From assembly GCA_904063045.1 (NCBI GenBank), contig CAJFCJ010000010.1, positions 1,302,001 through 1,366,000 of the forward strand: a DNA stretch of 64,000 nucleotides, read 5' to 3'. Each line of letters starts with the position of its first letter. Position 1 is the stretch's first letter. The stretch comes from Dimorphilus gyrociliatus. Taxonomy: Eukaryota; Animalia; Annelida. Made by a program: the position numbers and the translations under genes. Positions 22,401 through 32,648 of this stretch are shown here, one piece after another. The notes under the pieces are model-generated. The model made no database searches, was not told the DNA's origin, and saw only the letters and a list, made by a program, of their open reading frames with translations.

Positions 22401-25400
22401 TATCGATGTATAGGAGGGGATTCCATAATTTATCTAATTCAATTCGCTTTAATTCATCAACAGATTTTCCATCCAAAGCCGGCTCTCTCCATCGAGCCTG
22501 GATGAAGGTATCGGCTGAATATTGTTCTTTTAAGGTATCGATTTCTCCAATCTTCAGGAAGACGACACGAAGTTCGACAAGAACCTGCATTTAGAAAATT
22601 TTTCAATAAATTATATCATACTGTTGTCCGCTGCTCGAGAGAAAAGTAACACTGATAAAACCAAAACATCCACACTATCACATAGCGATATATTTTTTCT
22701 CTAGAAAAGAAAATTCGGCTAACTTTAGTTAAATTACGTTTGCGCGCATGAAAGAAGATCGGCTTTCTAAGCGTGTAAATCGCGTTTCGTTCCGTTGTAG
22801 AACTCTATTAGGGTAGAAAATGAACGAAACATTCTTCAATAAGGAAGAAACCATTTTCTCCATATTTTTTTATTTTACCGTTTTGTTAAAAAGTGTTAAC
22901 AGCTGAAAAAACGAATAAAAAGAGATGGAACTAATAAATTGTATGAATTTTTATCACTATTACGAATGTATAAAGATCGGACTATTAGAAGTCAGAGCTG
23001 GAGGATAGGTGCCTTATATCCTCCATAAAGACCTTAAAATTGGACAAAAATTCTATACGTTTAAATGACATATATAAATATATACGTTACTATTTGTTAG
23101 TACTACTCATAGGAAAATGATTATAGATATCTTAAATAAGAATTATTTGAGGGCTTCCCACTCGAAAGAATAACATAGTTAAGAGGGTAACAGGTAGCTT
23201 TATTTTAATTATTACTCAACCAAATATACACAGCACGGTACCAACGGTAAATTGTGTATAAATACAAACGCGTTAGAAGCGGATGGGTTTGACCTATTGT
23301 CCTATTTCAACAAGAACAGCTCAAGTTGTACTATAATTTAAAAAGGAGAAGTCCATAGGAGAGAAGGAAGAAAGAAATAGATTAATATCTTATGAAAAAA
23401 TGCCGAAAGATGTTATTTTGACTCTTCAAACTTTTCTTCTCTTCTTTTCATGCTTTCCTATTTATTTAATAAAAGGAGAAAGAGAGTAAAGAGGAGAGAG
23501 ACCGTAGATTATTTAACTTCCTTAGCGCCTCTTATTGAGCAGATCAATTGTAAACACCATGGACTTGATTATATAGACGTAAAGTTAATTCCTACTACTT
23601 ACTTATATCGCGTGACTTGCTCATGAGCCAGAAAATAGGCTAAGTGACTGCCGAAGGGAGCGGCCAAAAAAATTTGAATGTCTGGAAATTGGTTATTTTA
23701 CCAGCGATAAGCCAGGGTTAAAATATCGGCTTTTGTTTGTTTAGAATACTTGACGACTAGGTCGGACATAAATAAACAAATATGTAAGGCTGAGGTGAAA
23801 GTAAACTAACTTTTTCCTTTCGGATTCTTAGTCGTTCATCCCTGAGTACATCGGCTCTTGTCTGGCGTCTTCTCGTCCTATGAGCAGCGGCTGCATTTTC
23901 TACAAGAGTCTCTCGAAGTAGTTCAATCGCTTCCGTCAAACGGTCCGCCGGATCTAAATCGATTCTTACTTCCGGCACAAGACTATTTCTACTCGAAACT
24001 CCTCCTCCGGAACTCTCTTCTTCCCCTGAGGAATATTATTAGGCGTATAATTTTACAAACACATGAAATATTCACTTAACTACACAATAGGAAACTATAC
24101 ATCACACTTTGTAAAGTTTCTCTTTTAATTATAGATATAATTCGCTTAGCTAGGGGTTAGGTGGGCTGTAAATTTGCACACGGCAGAGCAGTCGCTTAAT
24201 TTACTTCTTTTCATCTATCGTACTTATTATCAACTTTCTATTTCTATTAAAATTTTCTTCACTGCCAACCTTTACAGCCTTTCATCTTTTCTTCTCTTTC
24301 TAAGTTACTCTTTCTCTTGTAATTCAAATCTAGTAATGTCACAGTGAATTAAGAAGGAATGTTCTATGAGAATGTCAAAATTTAACTAATACCAATATCC
24401 TTCAAACTCTAAATTCAATTATGACTTATAATTGAACTTTTGCAACAATAATTTTATTTAGTTCGACAAACTTTAGACGTTTTGAAAAGATTCTCTAAAA
24501 AAGATTTTTTCTGTCTCAAATGAAAATCGTAAAAGTCTACATTATCTGAAATATATCCTATACTTTTCAAGTATTTACCTAAAAGCAGGTATATTGTTAA
24601 ACACATAGCTAGCTCAAAGAGTGCACATTAATATGTGATTAATGAATACATTTTTAATGTAATAGTCTTCTTCTTTCATCCTATAAAGATTTGTGCCATT
24701 TTGATTTTCTATAAACTTTCTCTAATTTATATTAATTATTACGGAAATGGCTTTTGCTCTTAATTATAATTATTACTTCGTAATATTTTCCAAGTGTTTC
24801 AAACAAATAAGCTTCTTTTTTTTCTGTTTTCTTTTTCTTAGGCCTATATACGAAAAATTCCCTCTCTTTGTGTCTTTCTTTCTCTCCGTCCCTGACTATC
24901 TGTCTGTCTGTCTGTCTGTTTCTCTCTCCCTCTCTTTCTATCTCCCCTACTCTCCATTTTCTTTACAAATATATAGAAAGCAGCTTGAAAATAAAAAGAA
25001 TTTTTATGACATGTAAACAGTGCGTCACCTTTAAGTCTACGTATAAAAGTAAATAATGTAGAATTTAATTTAGCACCTAAAATATCGACAACAAAACAAA
25101 GAGAGATTTACCGAAAGTTGATATTCGTTAAATGTAATTAAGAGATATATTGAAGAGTATGAATTAATAGATAATTGTAATCCATACTATACTAATCGCT
25201 ATATATATAATATATATAATATATATTCCCTATAACTATTCGGACATTCTACTTCGAAACTGTAACATAGATGTAATAATATCTTTCCTTTATTGTATCT
25301 TTATTTGATTGTTATTCGTTTAGAATATAGAATAAAGTTTAACACTGATATTTTCATGTATGCATCGTAATTAACTTATATATTAACCTTTTATCCAACA

Positions 25401-28296
25401 TTCTATTCCATCTCTCTTTGTTTTATAGTCTAGTTATATTTTTCTAAATACAGAACTCATCATTTCAGTTTCTTTTTTCGATTTTAGATTGGAAAGGAAA
25501 GAAATACTTATGATTTTATCTTAGGAGAATTACATGTACAATACATTAACTATACAAATTAAATGCACAAATTCTATTCTATTAAGGTAAAAGAACTGCA
25601 AAAAGAGAAAGAAGAGAGAGCGAGAGAAGATTTATTTTTCTAGATGCTGCTAAGTAACTTTATATTAAATTTATTGTGTAATTATATATATATATATATA
25701 TATATATACAGTATATACATAAATAAGTTTATCCTTATATATGTTTTATAATTAAAAGAATAATTATCTAAAGATACAGTCTATATATCTATATATCTAT
25801 TCATTTACAGAAAAATAATTCATCTTAGCAAAAGGGAATAAATACCACGCCAGATTTCTTTTAATAATTTATAAAGATGTTTAAAAGGAATGACTTTCTC
25901 TATTATTATTACCAAATCATCCATTCAATTAACAAGAAGAAATGATTAAAAGAAAAGGAATGAATATAATTTAATACTTAATATCTAATTTAAAAAGAAA
26001 AAAATAAGCTAATAATCTTTTAGCTAGTTGAATATTATCTTTTTTTTTCTGTCGTTCATTTTACTCAATCTAGAAACTGTCTACATTTATAAAGCTATAG
26101 AACATCAATCATTAGACATTAAATTGCTTTTATTTATCCTATGTAATTACATTTTTTTTAAGTAAAACAGAAAAAACTTCCAAGATATTTCTTCGTTATT
26201 ATTGTTTTTGTGTTTATCCGTATTTTGTTTTATAATATTTATAATATTCTATAGCTAAAAGCTTTTCTTTGAATACTTTAAACCTTAGCATTCAAACAAA
26301 TATATTACACTGAATGATAATGTCTCTCATTTAAACATTTATAAAAGCATTCTTTCACATAATAATTTCTTTATTAACGAATAAAAGTTGTGTTTTTTTT
26401 CTCACCAATTTCATTCTAATCTCTTGTAATTCTCTTTTTTTATATATATAATACCTTATTATATATGCATGCATAGATATTAAACATTTTTTTGTTATAG
26501 ATAAATTAATATAAAGTACTATTTTATTAAATTTGCAAATGGGAATGGATATGCTTTGGAACTCTATTAAAATAGTTAATTATTTACTTATAAAAAAAAA
26601 TGTTAATTTATCATTTTAACTTGATAACTTCACTCTCATCAGACCGTAAATGCTCTAAATTTTTTTTCTTCCATTCATTTTCATTTCTTACTTTCTAATA
26701 GTTTCTATACAGATCTGTTTTTTTTGTCTTAGTTTCCTATCGAATGACAGTGGAGAAGAAGAAAATATTTAAATATACTTTCTCAACACCAACTTTTCAT
26801 GCAATTATATGTATTAGCTTTGTCATTACTAATCTTTTACTAAGGACATGAGTGAAATTCTGTACTTAATAATTTCATAAATTTCCTCCATAGGCCTACA
26901 AATATAATCACTTGGTAAATCGTTTTGCAGGATAACACTATAGGCCTGAAAAACAGTTCTATAAATAAAACTTTGGCTGACAGGTTTCAGCTCTTTAACG
27001 AACATAATCACGTTGACAGCCTGCCTAACCCCGGGGAGCTTCAAGACTTTTACCTCTTTCCAACCGCAACAAGGCGTCCTCGTCTTCTTCCCTGCAGTCC
27101 GTTCCATATTCCTATAAAATAAAAGGGTAAATTTAAAGAGTAAGTAAACTACTTAGCAATGTAAAGGTCAATAAATTAATTTTTCAAAAAAAATTATTTC
27201 TATTTAATGTGAACTTCTTAAAACAAATTGGAAAGAAATTTATATTTTTATTAAAGTCGTCAACTCTCTATTCTCCCGGAGACAAAACTAGGCCATGACT
27301 AACCCAGTCATTATTCGGTAAAAGAGAAAATGCATTAGAACTTATAAGAATTTTAGTAAACAAGATCTTTGCAAACTCTGTCAATTATTTATAATTTTTT
27401 ATACTGTTCCTCTAAAATTTTCATTATCCTTGAATACTAATCTACATTATTTTCGTATTAATTGTAATAATAAAATTAAGATTAAAGTAGAGAGGAGAAA
27501 AAATAGGCTAAATTTTATTTCTCCTCCTTGTTTGCTATTTGTTTTTAATTTTTCTTTGTAAAGCAGAAATTTTTAATTTACATTTTCCCTAAACTTAAAG
27601 AGTTTTCTCTCGGTTCTTTTAACCTAATAACCGGGCCGCTCTCGACCCTTCAATTAACTACTTCTCTTCAATTTACTTAGGCTTAGGAAAGTCATTATAA
27701 AAGTATCAAATAAGAATTTTAGATACTCATTCTTTCTCCTCAAATTTTTGCCCTAATAATCAGACTGTGCTCAAAGAATCTACTAGAAAATTCCTTCATA
27801 TTAGTCTATTTAAAAAAAGGAATTACATTCTTTCAAACATAGGCCTGACAAACTATATCAATTGGAATTCTTTATTTTGTATCACTTCATCACTTTTCTT
27901 TTATTTTCCCCTTTTCATTGTCAACTCTATTTTTTGAATGAAAACAATTAGGAAAAACTTTAGGTAAAAGAAATAGAGACCTTGATATGAAAGAACGAAA
28001 AAAATTGTTCTAAAAATCCTTGCGCTAGTTTCTTTATATAAATCTAGTACCAAAATAGAATAGGTAGAAAGAAGAAAATCTACCGTCAAATTGGAGATAC
28101 AACAGTCGTTCTTCGAGCCTGAACTCACCGAATCTAATGATCTTGCTCGCCTCGTTGATGACGATCTCATCCTGTGGCCGTATTGGCCTCCCATAGGCGT
28201 TGAATATTTATCCAATCGCACTTTTCCAGCAGACGCTGTAGCCGTCGTATTTTCAGTTGCGCCGAATAGCGCCGTTGTACGTCCGCTCACATTCAT
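16912..28296 (-). CDS. Cys-less (Pro-loop) pentameric ligand-gated ion channel subunit, about 502 aa (517 aa with the alternative donor)
   Basis: Exons (minus): 28296-28129 (alternative donor 28084), 27111-27054, 24025-23811, 22584-22123, 20891-20382, 17007-16912. All introns are GT-AG with matching phases (0,1,0,0,0), total 1509 nt. Motifs: beta1-2 VELRVVFLKIGEIDTLKEQYSADTFIQARW; loop A LWNPLLYIDN; Pro-loop LELNDFPLDVQDL without flanking Cys; pre-M1 RRPGYFYWN; M2 NRLQLSFTLLLTSVAF; M2-M3 LPKISYLTYMD; short M3-M4 loop; tail DACKRRRIMKRKDREYLEFLAKKKAWQEKIKDLHPQSRRHSTMLVHAI*. The three core exons are very secure. The N-terminal and last exons rest on phase and composition. Confidence 0.88.
19392..19446. 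repeat. (CA)n followed by (CT)n microsatellite in channel intron 5
   Basis: About 20 CA units followed by CT units, directly visible. Confidence 0.92.
21558..21678. promoter_or_regulatory. Candidate intronic cis-regulatory island
   Basis: GC/CpG-elevated patch in AT-rich intron 4, bracketed by inverted YY1-like motifs AAAATGGCG (21558-21566) and GCCATTTT (21671-21678), with TGACGT/TGACGC half-CRE sites inside. Confidence 0.3.
22096..22109. promoter_or_regulatory. Perfect palindromic RFX X-box-like site GTTACCCGGGTAAC
   Basis: Exact 14-bp palindrome that fits the RFX consensus GTNRCC-N(0-3)-RGYAAC. It lies 13 nt inside intron 4 of the pentameric channel gene. Confidence 0.5.
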
Positions 28297-28323
28297 AATC
28301 CTAGATGTGTGTAATTTTTCTTC

Positions 28324-28500
28324 CTTTTATAGGGAAGCTTCTTTAAAAGCGTCGCTGGACGTCTCCGGCGAAACGACGCCCGACGTTCGTCGTCGACCGC
28401 ACGCTGAGCGAAAGACCGGCAATATACAGATAGGAGACGGTTAGAGTGATGTCAGCGACACCTACATCCTATAGAGGGCGCTATACAGTGGGACATTCGT
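28324..28500 (-). promoter_or_regulatory. CpG-rich 5' leader / proximal promoter of the pentameric channel
   Basis: The densest CpG patch I noticed in the window, directly upstream of ATG 28296. TATAAAAG lies on the minus strand at 28331->28324, and TCACGTGA at 28615-28622 further upstream. Confidence 0.4.
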
Positions 28501-29877
28501 GATTATTTTGTCCGATATGATCCCATTTGTCATCAATCATTTGTCTTCGAACGACCATATCGTAATGACTGTTGTGCTAAGCCCGTATATAGAAATCATT
28601 ACTAGTGCGTTAAATCACGTGACGCAAGATATATGCATTTCGGTTAATTAAATGCCATCAAAGGAACATTATCCTTCACCATCTCATCATGTGACTAAAT
28701 GATAATTAGAGATATTTAGTGGTACATAGACCATTCGTGCAGTTAACAGTCGTCAAAAGATTATCGTGTCACGAAATTATTATAAAAATCCATCTATACT
28801 ATTTATCATTGATCGCTTTCTTCCTTCATTTAAGAGATAACAAAAACAAACGGTTTCATTTCAATCTTTAAGCGAACGTCTGATGATACAGCAAAAAAAA
28901 AAAAAGAAATAAACAACTATATTAGCAACGTTATTTATTCATTCAATAGCTAATATATAAATTTCAGAATAGGAAAACCTCCTATATTTACCACTTTTCC
29001 CTGCCGTTCCTTTCATAAAGCTGTAACTACAAAAGGTTTCTTAACTTCCCCTGATATTGAGAGGCATCTTGTGGACACTTTTTCTGTTGTATATAAAGAA
29101 GTCTAGTGATAGAATCCTAGGAAGGTTTAGGCATATTAAGAGGTATACTAGCAGCCTAAGTCTTAACTAGAGAACGACGCGCCGGAGGCAACACGTCGGG
29201 TGAACCTGGATAAATAAGGCCTAGATGCTGATTTCTTTTAACACGTGTTTAGACTCTAATCAACTTAAATATTACTTTTATTTTTTCTTTATTTTAGTGC
29301 ATTGTTATAAATTTTCTTAATCAGATATTCTATCACTATCTTTAAAAAAAGCTTTGTAAATATATTTCATCATACAAAATTTGTTTCCACTCCGTTTACT
29401 TAATCAATTAGTGTGTTTCTTAATATAGGCCTTGAGAATATAAGTAAAGAGTGCAAAAATTGCGTAAAAAATACTAATTAGCCAAAAATCACGGAAGATG
29501 AAAAAAAAAGGTAAATAAGATTTGGGAAAATGAGGTATTTTCTTCTGATTGTATGCAAAAAGAGAGACTGGGCCGAGGGGAGAGTAAGGGAGAAGAAAAT
29601 ATGCAATAATTTATCAATAAAAGAAGTTTAGAGGCAAAAATATCGGTCTTTTACAGTCTGATATGCACTTCTTCGGGTGTTAAGTCCTCAAAATATACTA
29701 AATTTTATCATTTAATCGATTAGTTACAAGAGATTAATAGTTTCCTTGGTTATAAGCACAAAGTCCAACAGATAGAGATAATATGTCGTGTCGTAAAAGA
29801 ATACCATAGACAGTTTGAAGGCTGCTCTCTTATTGTTAAGTTGGCGACCAGAGACAGTTTGATAAATAGAGAACAAT

Positions 29878-32648
29878 ATGGAGAATAATCCACAGAATAT
29901 TACAACTGTAAAAGTCTCTTCAGCGAATTCTCAAGATAATCTTACAGTTGACGGAAAGGTTAATGAAACAAAATTTGGTATTGAAAATCCAGCCTTTAAT
30001 GATAGATTGGACCATCAAAATGATGTTAAAGAAGAAACAGTCATTGGTTTCAATGAGCCAAAGTCTATGGAGAGACTTGCTCCAGAAAAACCATACGCTG
30101 GAATGAATAAAGAAGATTTACTATACTTTTCACAAACGAACTTTTGGATTCGATTAAGATATGTTGTTCTCGCCATAATGGGGTATATTTTTTATGTTTC
30201 CTTTAAAAATTATTACCTGTTTATGACCCTCTTTCATCGTTCGTCAAATTTTATTATTACTCATATACTTGCATCTTGCACTCCTCTATCAATCTTACTA
30301 AGTTAGTGTAATCGACCCTTTCATATTTGTTTATTAAGGGTTACAAAGGAAAACAATTTGTAAACTCTCACCTTTATTTATACAAGAGGGGATCCATTTA
30401 TTAAATAGCTTCGTTTATTTTTTCATAGAGTTGATTTTACAACTGTAATGTATAACATTGAACAGGCTCGCTTGGCTCGGACTACTAGCGGCTATTATAG
30501 CTTTAACCATTGTTTGGCCTAGATGTAAGGTAAATCAAGCATTTTTCTATGAGAATTAATTATATATTGGCCCAATTTATAATTTGAATCAAAGTCAAGA
30601 AGTTGGTTAACAATATTTTTATCTTTGCAGAAAGAACCCACAACAGAATGGTGGCAAAGTTCAAGAATTTACAGTATCTATGTACCGACCTTTTACGATT
30701 CTGATAATGATGGAATTGGAGATTTGAAAGGAATTGAAAACAAATTAGATTACATTAAGGATTTACACGTATCTGCCATACACTTATCTGCCCTTTATGA
30801 GAGTGGAGTAGGCAATGTCGATCAAGGGTACGAAATTGTTGATCATAAAGCTATTTGGAATAATCTTGGAACATTGAGCGATTTCGATAGTTTAGTTAAC
30901 GCTTCCCATGCAAACGGTAAAAATTAAAATTTTTAAATTTTACCAACTGTATCATCCGATAACTTTTTCCCAGGTTTGAAGGTTATTGTCGATCTAGTGC
31001 CAGGTCATACAAGTACAAGTCACAATTGGTTTGTGCAAAGTAGCAATGCCGTTCCTGAATATGAAAACTATTATATATGGCGTGACTGTGCTCCTCCAAA
31101 TCTTCCAAATAATTGGGTATAAAGGAAATTTAATGCAATTACAATGATAAATTAATATTTCCATCAATATCATAACAGAAAAGCGTATATGGTGGTCCTG
31201 CGTGGACTCAAGCTGGTACTAGAAATCAATGCTATCTTCATCAACTATCAAACTCTCAAGCTCAATTAAATTTGAGAATAAAGAAAGTTCGAGACAGTAT
31301 TGAAGATATTATGGATTTTTGGTTAAACAGGGGTGTCGATGGCTTTAAAGTCATTCATTCAACTTTCTTATACGTTGACAATGAGTACAGAGATGAACCA
31401 AATGCTAATAACGGTCTAAAGTACGATAGTTTGAATCATATATATACTAGAGCTCAGCCAGAAGTATATAATTTAATTAGCGAATGGAGATATAAATTAG
31501 ATGAAAGATATGGCCAAAATTCAAGAAAGTGAGACAATTTGCATTATTATTCTATAATAAGCTTATTAAGTTTTGTCTAAAAAATTCTTAGGATCCTTAT
31601 GACTGACGCGGATGAAAACGTAGCAAAACTTAAAGAGTATTATAATTATTTGGGAAGAAATGGATCTCAAGTTCCCATGAATTTTCCATTTACTAAACTT
31701 GCCGACAGTTGCGATGGTCTCTGCGTTACAACTAATGTCCGTTTATGGACTCAAAATACCCCCACTGATTGTTTCCCCAATTGGCTGGTAAAAAGAGATT
31801 GATTAAATTATTCATAATTTGCTTATAACAAATGGTATTATTTTAAAAAATAACAGACCGGAACTCAAGATATAAGCAGACTGAAATCTAGATCTCCAGC
31901 TAATAGTAAAGCTTACAATATACTTAAAATGACCTTACCAGGAATTTCAATAAATTATTACGGGGAAGAAATTGGAATGGTTGATGGAACTAACTCAAAC
32001 GTAGATCCAACAGTAAGCTCTCAATAAGTTTTTTATTATCTCATTCATTCTTTAACGATTGCTGTTTTTTGTAACGTTTAGCCATTGCGAAGAGATAAAT
32101 TTAGAACGCCTATGCAATGGGATTCCAGGGTACTAAATAATGGTTTCTCAAATGCATCAAATCTCTACATTCCAGCATTATCGACCAATATAAGTGTCGC
32201 TACTTCACGTAGTGACTTGAACGCTTTCAAATCTGTCACGAAATTAAAGATGGATGCGTTCAGTTTGCAATTTGGAACTTTTGAAATTCTGCCGAATTTA
32301 CAACAAAATCTATTCGGTTTTCTAAGAAGATTTAATGGAAAAGACAGGTTAGCAGATAAAGATTCCGTATTCTTATCTTATCTTTATTGAATAGTTGTAT
32401 TTTTTCCCTGTATTAGTTTCTTAGTAGTTGCAAATTTCGGAAGAACACAAACCACCGAAAACCTGTCCAACAAGCACGAAAGAATACCCTCCGAGGCTAA
32501 TGTTGTGGCCAACATTGGGCAGGAATCTAGTTATCCTATCGATGACGATAAGGATATCAAATTAAAATCTGTCAGTATAAAACCTGGCGAGGCCATCGTA
32601 TTTAAATGGGACTACGAAAGGAGTATGAAAGATAAAAAAGATAAATAA
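29878..32648 (+). CDS. SLC3A1-like: SLC3 family amino-acid transporter heavy chain (rBAT/SLC3A1-like; GH13 fold, probably non-catalytic), 665 aa
   Basis: Exons 29878-30182, 30466-30529, 30631-30916, 30974-31116, 31179-31528, 31592-31787, 31857-32012, 32082-32347, 32417-32648. All GT-AG, total 1998 nt. SLC3 N-domain YAGMNKEDLLYFSQTNFWIRLRY; single TM ending in PRCK (the light-chain disulfide Cys); GH13 motifs WWQ...FYDSDNDGIGDLKGI, DLVPGHTS, GVDGF, TLPG..YYGEEIGM, RTPMQW. Confidence 0.92.

Noticed and set aside
22622-22669. Possible alternative first exon MFWFYQCYFSLEQRTT that might supply a leader peptide
   Set aside because: It needs a 37-nt intron, shorter than any other here (minimum 54), and the peptide is not a convincing signal sequence. 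It is worth checking by RACE because it bears on the topology hypothesis.
22175-28444. Plus-strand ORFs 22175-22594, 23858-24079, 26925-27122 and 28091-28444
   Set aside because: Antisense shadows of the GC-richer channel exons.
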